Shown here: one piece after another, positions 1 to 7,204 of the stretch
Layout of the letters: each line of letters begins with the position of its first letter
Numbering within the stretch: the stretch's first letter is position 1
Assembly: GCA_043825875.1 (NCBI GenBank)
Contig: JBDRRF010000076.1
Span: 170,120-234,119 of the forward strand
Source: Pseudomonadota bacterium
GTDB taxonomy: Bacteria; Desulfobacterota; Desulfobacteria; Desulfobacterales; RPRI01
DNA length: 64,000 nt
Direction of reading: 5' to 3'
Program-made: the position numbers and the translations under genes
The notes under the pieces: generated by a model
Told to the model about the DNA's origin: nothing
The model's input: only the letters and a program-made list of their open reading frames with translations
Databases searched by the model: none

Positions 1-1380
1 AGCATAAATGATCCTTATCTTAAGGAACGGTCTAATGATATTTCTTATGTTTCAGATCGTATTGTGAAAAAACTGATGGGATCTGAAGAAGTAAATATCG
101 GCAAAATAGACAAGCGCGTCATTCTGGTTGCAAAAGATCTTTCACCTGCCGATACAAGCCAGATCCAGTTGGATAAAATTATGGGTTTTATTACCGACCG
201 TGGCGGTAAGACTTCTCACACAGGAATCATAGCCCGTACACTTGAAATACCTGCTGTTCTCGGCTTGGGTAGTGCTACAAAAATAATACATAATGATGAT
301 ACGTTAATAATAGACGGATCAACAGGGGTTGTAATTGTAAATCCCTCGGAACAAACACTTAAGAAATATAAAGAGATTGAAACCAGAGAAGAAGAGCATA
401 AAGTACATTTATCGTTTGAAAGCCATTTTAAGGCAGAGACTATCGATGGGTTTTCTCTGCCGGTTATGGGGAACATAGAGCTTCCTGAAGAAGTTCCTTC
501 AGTGCTGAACCATGGTGGTGATGGCATAGGGCTTTACAGAACCGAATTTCAATATCTTACACGAAGCGATTTTCCAAGCGAGGAAGAGCTTTTTGATAAG
601 TACAAAAATGTTGTTGAGTCGATAGCTCCGAAACCGGTGACAATCCGTACGCTTGACATAAACGGGGATAAAGCGCTTGTATCTTCCAATGGTTTTGACG
701 AACCAAACCCTGCTCTTGGACTTCGTGCTATAAGATACTGTCTGGAACGGCCTGAAATTTTTATAACACAATTAAAAGCAATATTAAGAGCCGCTGCTTT
801 TGGAAATGTGAGAATCCTGTTTCCAATGATATCAGGCATTGATGAAATACGCGAAACAAAAAAATACCTTAATGAAGCTGCTGATCTGCTTGAAAAAGAA
901 GGAAAGGCTTATAATAAAAACATCCCGTTCGGAATAATGATTGAAGTACCATCCACAGTTATAATGGCCGATGCTATGGCCGATGAAGCTGATTTTTTCA
1001 GTATTGGTACAAATGACCTTATCCAATATACTCTTGCGATAGACAGGGTTAATATGGGAGTCGCCCACCTTTATCAACCCTTTCACCCTGCTATTTTACG
1101 CATGATCAAGCACGTAACTGATGTTTGCAAAGCAAAAGGCATAAAGGTTTTTGTATGCGGGGAAATGGCAGGTGATCCTTTGAATGTGCCGGTTCTGCTC
1201 GGGTTGGGAATAGACGGACTGAGTATGAATCCCCAGTCAATTCCGGCAGTAAAAAATATGATACGATCACTAAAGATCGAGGATACAAAAATATTTATGA
1301 AAGAAATTCTTAATAAGACCACCACAAATGACGTAGCAAAACTTGTTGAAGCCTCTTTCGGAAACATTATTTCAAAATAG
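1..1380 (+). CDS. ptsI: PEP-protein phosphotransferase (PTS enzyme I), 5'-truncated by window
   Basis: GGKTSHTGI phospho-His motif, GIGLYRTEF, EPNPALGLRAIR, DFFSIGTNDLIQY, CGEMAG; frame open from base 1 (SINDPYLKER...). Confidence 0.95.
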   Translation, partial: SINDPYLKERSNDISYVSDRIVKKLMGSEEVNIGKIDKRVILVAKDLSPADTSQIQLDKIMGFITDRGGKTSHTGIIARTLEIPAVLGLGSATKIIHNDDTLIIDGSTGVVIVNPSEQTLKKYKEIETREEEHKVHLSFESHFKAETIDGFSLPVMGNIELPEEVPSVLNHGGDGIGLYRTEFQYLTRSDFPSEEELFDKYKNVVESIAPKPVTIRTLDINGDKALVSSNGFDEPNPALGLRAIRYCLERPEIFITQLKAILRAAAFGNVRILFPMISGIDEIRETKKYLNEAADLLEKEGKAYNKNIPFGIMIEVPSTVIMADAMADEADFFSIGTNDLIQYTLAIDRVNMGVAHLYQPFHPAILRMIKHVTDVCKAKGIKVFVCGEMAGDPLNVPVLLGLGIDGLSMNPQSIPAVKNMIRSLKIEDTKIFMKEILNKTTTNDVAKLVEASFGNIISK

Positions 1381-1481
1381 GATAAAATCGGCACAATTTA
1401 AATTATTTGGAAATATACGGATTGTGACAAATCATAAAGCAGGAGCTGTAAAACCGGAATTTAAGCATTTGGAAGAAATCA

Positions 1482-1940
1482 TTGGAAAATACCCGCAATA
1501 AAAATATCTCAGAAAACAGAAAAGCACGGCATGACTATTTCATTGAAGATGAATATGAAGCAGGCATGGTTCTTCTTGGAACCGAAGTTAAATCTCTAAG
1601 GCTTGGCCGGGCAAACCTCAAGGATTCATACGCAAAAATTAAAAACGGAGAGATTTTTGTTCATCAAATGCATATAGGCCCCTGCCCATTCGCTTATTAT
1701 GCAAATCATGATCCGTTGAGAATAAGAAAACTTCTATTAAACAGGCAGGAGATAAACAAGCTTACAAACAAGGTAAACGAAAAAGGACACTCCCTGATTC
1801 CTTTAAGGTTATATTTCAAAAACGGAAAAGTAAAAATTTCAATCGCACTCGCCAAAGGCAAAAGACAATACGATAAGCGGGAAGCTATCAAAAAACGCGA
1901 TGAAAAAAGGGAAATGGATAGAGATAGAAGCGAAAGATAG
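1482..1940 (+). CDS. smpB: SsrA-binding protein SmpB
   Basis: NRKARHDYFIEDEYEAG, GTEVKSLR, RKLLL, KGKRQYDKRE. Confidence 0.97.
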   Translation: MENTRNKNISENRKARHDYFIEDEYEAGMVLLGTEVKSLRLGRANLKDSYAKIKNGEIFVHQMHIGPCPFAYYANHDPLRIRKLLLNRQEINKLTNKVNEKGHSLIPLRLYFKNGKVKISIALAKGKRQYDKREAIKKRDEKREMDRDRSER

Positions 1941-2102
1941 CCTCTATTTGTGCACAGCAATTCCCGGTGGAATAATAAACTGTCTAATATAACCATCCAA
2001 AACAAAACTGAAATTAAAGACTATAAAGATTGCTGATTTCGGGAAATTTTGCTTGACTTTATAGCCATTCTTTATTAGATAAACAATTCTTTAAAAGACT
2101 GA

Positions 2103-2178
2103 TCCCCAGTAGCTCAGCAGGTAGAGCAAGTGGCTGTTAACCACTTTGTCCGCGGTTCGAGTCCGTGCTGGGGAGCCA
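2103..2178 (+). tRNA. tRNA-Asn (GTT)
   Basis: 76 nt; acceptor stem TCCCCAG/CTGGGGA, D arm AGCTCAG..GGTAGAGC, anticodon GTT at 2136-2138, GGTTCGAGTCC T arm, encoded CCA. Confidence 0.97.
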
Positions 2179-2180
2179 AA
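2128..2180 (+). repeat. att core, left copy (within intact tRNA)
   Basis: Identical to 10414-10466 over 53 bp. Confidence 0.95.
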
Positions 2181-2189
2181 CAAATCAAG

Positions 2190-2223
2190 GGCTTAGATAA
2201 GTTTTAAATCTAAGCCTTTTTTT
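2190..2223 (+). terminator. Element-supplied intrinsic terminator for tRNA-Asn
   Basis: GGCTTAGAT...ATCTAAGCC followed by T run. Confidence 0.7.
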
Positions 2224-2244
2224 ATTCCCCACGTTATTCCCCAC
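2222..2244 (+). repeat. Putative integrase arm-type sites (2x TTATTCCCCAC)
   Basis: Same motif occurs 3x at the other end (10228-10290). Confidence 0.7.
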
Positions 2245-2260
2245 ATTTTAACTTGAAAAT

Positions 2261-2287
2261 AAAAAAAGGCGGATGAAATCACCCGCC
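2261..2287 (-). terminator. Intrinsic terminator after 164-aa ORF
   Basis: Minus strand GGCGGGTGA-TT-TCATCCGCC-TTTTTTT. Confidence 0.7.
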
Positions 2288-2331
2288 CCCTTAAATTCTT
2301 TCAAAAGCCTTTCCGGATCTTTACGCTTATT

Positions 2332-2826
2332 TTATAATGCTTTTGGTGTATTCTTCCGCCGCATTCGAAAATCATCTAAATTTAATACCGGTTCTTTTAT
2401 TTTCAAATCCTCAATTTCAATCAACAAACTATCAAAGTCTTTTAGTAAAATTTGGCAAGCTGCAACGGGTGAAATGTCTTTTTCTGCTAAATCGTTCATT
2501 CTATTTATAATGCCATTAAGAAATTTATATTTATTTAAAACTTCCGCTGAAAAAAGCGGGCCATTTCGACGCATCTTTATGGCTGCAATTATATCTTTAA
2601 AAAACATGTTTGAGTATCTATCCCGCTCGGTTCGGATATTTTTTACATAATTACGATAGGTTTTTAACGTCGATTCTTTTAATGGTTTCCCGTACTTGCT
2701 AACATGGTTTTTAAGCTTCTTTTTTATATTGATATATTTATTGATAACGTTCGTTCGGTAGTAATGTAATTTATGTTTAAGCTCAGCTTCAAGCTCATTT
2801 AAATCCATACTTTGATATTGTTTCAT
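2332..2826 (-). CDS. Hypothetical protein (164 aa, basic)
   Basis: ORF with G-rich RBS and downstream terminator; no recognised motif. Confidence 0.6.
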   Translation of the reverse strand: MKQYQSMDLNELEAELKHKLHYYRTNVINKYINIKKKLKNHVSKYGKPLKESTLKTYRNYVKNIRTERDRYSNMFFKDIIAAIKMRRNGPLFSAEVLNKYKFLNGIINRMNDLAEKDISPVAACQILLKDFDSLLIEIEDLKIKEPVLNLDDFRMRRKNTPKAL

Positions 2827-2851
2827 ATCTTACCCCCCCCTTAAAATAAAA

Positions 2852-2918
2852 AAGCCTGAAGGCGTCCCCGGTCCAGAGAACCGCTCACAATATCACTATT
2901 GCAAGTACCTTCAGGCTT
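2852..2918 (-). ncRNA. C4-like three-way-junction RNA / attenuator
   Basis: Outer stem AAGCCTGAAGG/CCTTCAGGCTT plus U run; inner CAATA-GTGA-TATTG (GNRA) and CGGT-TCTCTGG-ACCG; loop complementary to CCAGAGA at 2941-2947. Confidence 0.6.
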
Positions 2919-3002
2919 ATTTTTAATATTTGTTTTCATGTCTCTGGCTTTGGGGTTTTTATATACTTATATACGTGTATAAGCATTGTCAAGCATTATT
3001 TA

Positions 3003-3031
3003 TTGACTTTTAAGTTTTAAATCCATATAAA
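3003..3031 (+). promoter_or_regulatory. sigma70 promoter for RHH gene
   Basis: TTGACT-N17-TATAAA. Confidence 0.65.
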
Positions 3032-3038
3032 AAAAGTT

Positions 3039-3203
3039 ATGAAAGAACGAAAACCCTTCACAACAAGTTTAAACATATTGCTACTTAAAGATATTAAGAA
3101 GCTTGCAATTGACCATGACAAAGGTGTTAATGATCTTCTCGAAGAAGCTATCCGGGATATTCTAAAAAAGTATGAATTACAGTCTCAAAAACCCACCAAA
3201 TAG
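3039..3203 (+). CDS. Ribbon-helix-helix (CopG-like) DNA-binding protein, 54 aa (not in ORF track)
   Basis: MKERKPFTTSLNILLLKDIKKLAIDHDKGVNDLLEEAIRDILKKYE: beta strand followed by two helices. Confidence 0.8.
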   Translation: MKERKPFTTSLNILLLKDIKKLAIDHDKGVNDLLEEAIRDILKKYELQSQKPTK

Positions 3204-3359
3204 CATAACCTATTAACTAATTGAAATTGCTTATAATATCGGCTTAATTAGAGTCGTTTACAGCGTACTTTATGAAAAAGACATGGTTTAGCATGCCTCG
3301 TTTACGGCCGTTTTTCAGTTTTGAACCCGGATTGCTACGCTTTACCCCAAAAACAGCTT

Positions 3360-3403
3360 GGGTCCTTCCAGAGGTCTTTCGATATTAGGGGTAATTCGCA
3401 CCC
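3360..3403 (+). other. cos-like site A (cosQ-like GGGTCCT + 17 nt + 20-bp core)
   Basis: GGGTCCT 3360-3366; ATTAGGGGTAATTCGCACCC 3384-3403; perfect inverted copy of the core at 3896-3915. Confidence 0.6.
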
Positions 3404-3460
3404 GTCTATTTTTCTACATGTGATGATTTTTCATAAGTACCTAATACCATGACATAATCA

Positions 3461-3814
3461 TTAATCCCCAAATTTAAAAAAACCCAGATCATCATCTGGA
3501 TCATCATCAACGTCATCATCCGGATCATCATCAAAGCCAAATTTGTTTATATTTACAGATAGTTCAGGATAATCATAAACAAAATCTATACACGAATTAT
3601 TTTGTTTTGGCTGTTTCCGGTTTAACAGAAAGCTTTTGCGGCCCCACTCCTGCAAAGCAACTTCAAGATCAATTTTCTTTACATTTTTTATATTAACAAT
3701 AGAGTGGCTTAACTTGCCGGATTTAATCGCGGCGGAGATCCTTTGCCGTGATACTCCTATCAGCCTGGCAAATTGGCTGTTGGTTATAAAGATTCTATCT
3801 TTTTTTCGTGGCAT
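3461..3814 (-). CDS. Nu1/small-terminase-like HTH protein with acidic tail
   Basis: TNSQFARLIGVSRQRISAAIKSGKL...IDLEVALQEW resembles the TerS N-terminal HTH; lies directly downstream of cos-like site B. Confidence 0.6.
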   Translation of the reverse strand: MPRKKDRIFITNSQFARLIGVSRQRISAAIKSGKLSHSIVNIKNVKKIDLEVALQEWGRKSFLLNRKQPKQNNSCIDFVYDYPELSVNINKFGFDDDPDDDVDDDPDDDLGFFKFGD

Positions 3815-3895
3815 GGCATAACTTTTAAAAACTGCTGTTGTTTTTTCTTTAAAATTACAACCCGATTTTGTAACTTTGTGTCTAAAAAAAGGGCA

Positions 3896-3939
3896 GGGTG
3901 CGAATTACCCCTAATGGAAAAAAACTTTTAGGAGGACCC
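3896..3939 (-). other. cos-like site B
   Basis: Minus strand GGGTCCT (3939-3933), 17 nt, then ATTAGGGGTAATTCGCACCC (3915-3896). Confidence 0.6.
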
Positions 3940-3952
3940 GCACCTTTTCCGG

Positions 3953-4699
3953 TTAACTTGCGCTTAAAGTTTCAAGGTATTGGTCATGCAATTCCGGTTG
4001 ATCATGTATAACGGCACGAACAGCCTGTGCCATTGACATGTTATGTTCCGAAGAATACTGATTAACCGCTTCCATAAATGGCTCTGTCGTATGTTCTACC
4101 TTTGCCATAGGTTCACTCTTTGGCGCCTTGGCTTCATCTATCAGGTTGTTAACGTATGATTCATGCAGATCCGGGTTTTCTTCTGACACGGCACGAACAG
4201 CCTGTGCCATTGACAAGTTATGTTCTGAAGCATACTGATTAACAACGTCCATAAAAGATAGTTTGGTTTCTGTCTGGACTGAAGCTTTGCCTTCCTCTTT
4301 TTGTTTGAGACAGATATGATCCGTCCAAAGTTTCGGATATAGCTCTTGACATCTAAGCGTTGCTACGCCCTTTGATTGTTCTTGGTGTTCCCACTGATAC
4401 CTTGAAACAGCCGCCTCAAAAGTCAAAGGGATTCCACCCGGGACACCTTGCTTGCCTGTATCCTTTACTTCTTCAGGCTCAACGGCTGCATCTGTGCTTA
4501 TTAAATGGTTAAAATAACTCTCACCGTTTGGGAATTGTTTCTGAAGCTCTTTATCGCGGAAAAACTCACGATCTGCACTTATTTTTAGCAGTAATTCTGA
4601 CCCTTTAATCTCGCTCGGTTCCCCATTTTCCAGAATATGCCGATAAAAGCTTAATGCTTCCATTGTGTTTTCTGCAGGACTCAAATTATTATCCATCAT
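3953..4699 (-). CDS. Hypothetical protein with repeated ~36-aa helical module (possible scaffold-like protein)
   Basis: FMDVVNQYASEHNLSMAQAVRAVSEENPDLHESY / FMEAVNQYSSEHNMSMAQAVRAVIHDQPELHDQY; DNA repeat at 4011 and 4188. Confidence 0.7.
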   Translation of the reverse strand: MMDNNLSPAENTMEALSFYRHILENGEPSEIKGSELLLKISADREFFRDKELQKQFPNGESYFNHLISTDAAVEPEEVKDTGKQGVPGGIPLTFEAAVSRYQWEHQEQSKGVATLRCQELYPKLWTDHICLKQKEEGKASVQTETKLSFMDVVNQYASEHNLSMAQAVRAVSEENPDLHESYVNNLIDEAKAPKSEPMAKVEHTTEPFMEAVNQYSSEHNMSMAQAVRAVIHDQPELHDQYLETLSAS

Positions 4700-4710
4700 A
4701 ACCCCCTTTA

Positions 4711-5265
4711 TTAAATAAAATGTGAATGTTCGAATTTTCTAAAGACGTCATTCATTTTAAATCGCATGTTTGCATCAAGCCCGGAAAGTGCGTTGGTACT
4801 ATCGGGCAAGCATTCATCCTGAATAATTTTTGCCATGGTTTTAAAAGCTGTTTGACGCTCTTTAATGAACTCGTTTATTTCATCCACGAGCAAATCGCCA
4901 TGAGGAAGAAGCCGGTCAGTCAACTTTTTTAAGATTTGCTGATTGATTTCAAAAATCTGCTGTTCGATTGGTTTTATCTGTGAGTCAATTTCTTCGGGAA
5001 TGTCTTCATACTGCGGAAGTAATTCAAGGATACCGGTCAGCTTTTTCTGGATTTCGGGAACCTTGGCATCATTGCCATCGACAAGAAGATCTTTTATTTG
5101 TTTTTTCAAGTCTTCTGCCTGCTTCTCATATCCAAGAATAGTGTCCTCAACTTTCTTCTTCCGCTCCATAATCTGCTCTTTGTTTTTGATAAGCACCTGT
5201 TTTTGTTCAAGTTCAGTTTTTACTGCTTCAATACATTGGTCCAGACAGCTGTTCTCTTTCTCCAT
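4711..5265 (-). CDS. Hypothetical coiled-coil protein (184 aa)
   Basis: E/K/Q-rich heptads; AGGAG RBS. Confidence 0.7.
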   Translation of the reverse strand: MEKENSCLDQCIEAVKTELEQKQVLIKNKEQIMERKKKVEDTILGYEKQAEDLKKQIKDLLVDGNDAKVPEIQKKLTGILELLPQYEDIPEEIDSQIKPIEQQIFEINQQILKKLTDRLLPHGDLLVDEINEFIKERQTAFKTMAKIIQDECLPDSTNALSGLDANMRFKMNDVFRKFEHSHFI

Positions 5266-5307
5266 GGTCCAATTCTCCTATTTTGTGTAATGGTTATTAA
5301 AATTTTG

Positions 5308-5373
5308 CCGTGTGAATGTGCCGACCGGAAAGGGTTTCGGTTGCCGGGCCTCACGGTTGCCGGATTCACACGG
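5308..5373 (-). ncRNA. C4-like three-way-junction RNA
   Basis: Outer stem CCGTGTGAAT/ATTCACACGG; inner CCGG-CAA-CC-GTGA-GG-C-CCGG and ACCG..CGGT hairpins; GC-rich island in AT-rich DNA. Confidence 0.55.
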
Positions 5374-5608
5374 GCAAACTGTTTAAAGCTGTATTTGCTA
5401 AACTTATTAAAAAATTAACGTGATTTATTTCTTCTTGGTAATCATGCTTTAGCTTTTCTCTTTTCTTAAATTCTTTATAATCAAGATATCCGCTCGGCAA
5501 TTCAGAAAGCTTTGCTCTGGCATCTGCAATCCGCTTGTTATAATTTTCAAGATCAAGAACTGCTTCTTGTGTTAATTGTTCAGAAGTATAAAAAATAGTA
5601 TTCGACAT
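5366..5608 (-). CDS. Hypothetical protein (~80 aa)
   Basis: ORF MSNTIFY...; helical composition; start uncertain. Confidence 0.5.
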   Translation of the reverse strand: MSNTIFYTSEQLTQEAVLDLENYNKRIADARAKLSELPSGYLDYKEFKKREKLKHDYQEEINHVNFLISLANTALNSLPV

Positions 5609-5717
5609 TTTTACTTTTATCTTTTTTGTTTTTAAAAAAACACACAAGTGTGAATCTGGAAGATTCGCACCCTTCTTAAGACCTTCTTAAAAACATACTT
5701 ATAATACCTTCTTAGGG

Positions 5718-5840
5718 GGGAATTTTTTCCCATGTTTTGGAAAAAATCTCCCATGTTCAGGGAAAATTTTCCCGTCATTACGGGGAATTTTTTCCCATGC
5801 TCTTTTTTGATCTTATTTATTACAGGGAATTTTTTCCCAT
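5718..5840. repeat. Iteron-like array (putative origin of replication)
   Basis: Five 16-bp units of consensus GGGAATTTTTTCCCAT at 5718, 5739, 5760, 5783, 5825 (spacings 21, 21, 23, 42). Confidence 0.8.
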
Positions 5841-5849
5841 AAAAAAGCA

Positions 5850-6566
5850 TCATACCGCCACCCGATCTCTTAACTTTTGGTTTAAATAACCCGGCTTCCA
5901 ATGCTTTTTTGGAATAAGAAAAACCCGCCAAACTCTTTCGCCTTCATAGGTATCATATGGTTCAATTAAAAAGTTCTTTTGAAGGCTTTTTATAGCATCC
6001 CCCACACTTCGCCTGTTGATTCCGGCAAATTCAGCTAACCGCCCAATTTCAGCACTACACAACTCCCAGCGTCGTTTTGCAAAACGCTCTTTGAACTCAA
6101 GGTTATCATATTCAACGTTCTCATCTTCTTCGGCATCATAATATGAGAAATATCTCATTACTGGATAAAGTGCTTTTGCTGTTGGTTTGAGTTCTGACCA
6201 TGTGCCGCTTCTAATAATCCCATTATAAAAGAAGAACGACCGGCCATTTTCACCCTTTTGAGGAAATTTCAATTTATAGTACTTACCCCGTTTTCCGTGC
6301 CGGGTCAGAAAATACTCCCATGTAAACCCAGGAAAACCGTCAAGGTCTTTAATACCTTGCCGTACGGTTTTAATATCTAAGCGCGATAGTGCAGCAATTG
6401 TTTCTTGACCCGGAAATGCTTTACCGTGTTCATCACAATGACAAGCAATTACAGGAAGAACCGCCTTTGCTGCTGTTGATATATTTGACCAGTTCATATT
6501 CTCGTTCCATCTTTTATCGAAACGAAAAAACAGCGTCCAATCAATATCAGCCGAAAAATGATACAT
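5850..6566 (-). CDS. Putative replication initiator with two winged-helix-like repeats
   Basis: AFPGQETIAALSRLDIKTVRQGIKDL and IGRLAEFAGINRRSVGDAIKSL; iterons just downstream; GAGG RBS before ATG 6566. Confidence 0.65.
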   Translation of the reverse strand: MYHFSADIDWTLFFRFDKRWNENMNWSNISTAAKAVLPVIACHCDEHGKAFPGQETIAALSRLDIKTVRQGIKDLDGFPGFTWEYFLTRHGKRGKYYKLKFPQKGENGRSFFFYNGIIRSGTWSELKPTAKALYPVMRYFSYYDAEEDENVEYDNLEFKERFAKRRWELCSAEIGRLAEFAGINRRSVGDAIKSLQKNFLIEPYDTYEGERVWRVFLIPKKHWKPGYLNQKLRDRVAV

Positions 6567-6606
6567 TATTATCGCCCTCACAGCGCAACCGCCCCACAAG
6601 AAGTAA

Positions 6607-6668
6607 TCGGAAGAGAAACGAGGTGTGAGGTTCCTTGCCTATCGGCGCGCGCCGCCTATCTCTTCCGA
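6607..6668 (-). ncRNA. Structured cis-regulatory RNA (TAGGC..GCCGATA family) upstream of rep-like gene
   Basis: Outer stem TCGGAAGAGA/TCTCTTCCGA; core shared with 8285-8340; loop CCTCACA complementary to TGTGAGG RBS at 6576-6582. Confidence 0.65.
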
Positions 6669-6809
6669 AATTCAAAATCTGCAACTGGTTTTTGTTTTGG
6701 TTATTAAATGCGTCAAGTGAACGGTTTGAGCAACCCTGGGACATAGTATCAGGCTGACACATGCCGGAAGCTGAAAACCCGCTTCTTAGAACCTCTGGTG
6801 GCTTCATGC

Positions 6810-7007
6810 TTATGCACTCAACGACTTTTCAGGATCAATCCGGTGTGAGTCTATAAAAGACTCAATATCTTTAAGCCGGTATCTGACAGAACGCCCGATT
6901 TTAATAAATGGAAGTCCACGGCTCATAAAACGATCATTTCGTAAAGTGAATACGCTTTTACCGATAATTTTTGCTGCTTCTTTTTCGTTGATAATTCCTA
7001 AGCTCAT
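6810..7007 (-). CDS. AlpA/excisionase-like HTH protein
   Basis: INEKEAAKIIGKSVFTLRNDRFMSRGLPFIKIGRSVRYRLKDIESFI; AGGAG RBS. Confidence 0.85.
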   Translation of the reverse strand: MSLGIINEKEAAKIIGKSVFTLRNDRFMSRGLPFIKIGRSVRYRLKDIESFIDSHRIDPEKSLSA

Positions 7008-7051
7008 ATTTACTCTCCTTTTTTCAATGTACTTCTTTTAAAAAACAAAAA

Positions 7052-7078
7052 AGCCACAAGATTATTTATCCTGTAGCT
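7052..7078 (-). terminator. Intrinsic terminator upstream of alpA-like gene
   Basis: Minus strand AGCTACAGGAT-AAATA-ATCTTGTGGCT followed by TTTTGTTTTTT. Confidence 0.6.
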
Positions 7079-7204
7079 ATAGAGTACTACTATTTTTTTC
7101 TAAGTCAATTATTTAAAATGATTATAGGAAGTTAGCTGATATTTTAAACTTTAGAATATCAGCTTTTCTTTTGATAAATAAGAGGGTTTTACAGTTATTA
7201 AAGT

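Noticed and set aside
1941..2102. tmRNA (ssrA) next to smpB
   Set aside because: No tRNA-like ends or tag reading frame visible
3487..3533. TCATCA repeat tract
   Set aside because: Encodes the Asp-rich tail of the TerS-like protein; not an independent element
5718..5840. CRISPR array
   Set aside because: 16-bp units with 5-26 nt gaps and no cas genes; fits iterons
5632..5931. 99-aa ORF with repeated GKKFP
   Set aside because: Translation of the iteron array and overlaps rep; probably non-coding
6547..6807. 86-aa ORF between alpA and rep
   Set aside because: No motif and it spans the structured RNA; could be a coupling/leader ORF but unsupported as a protein
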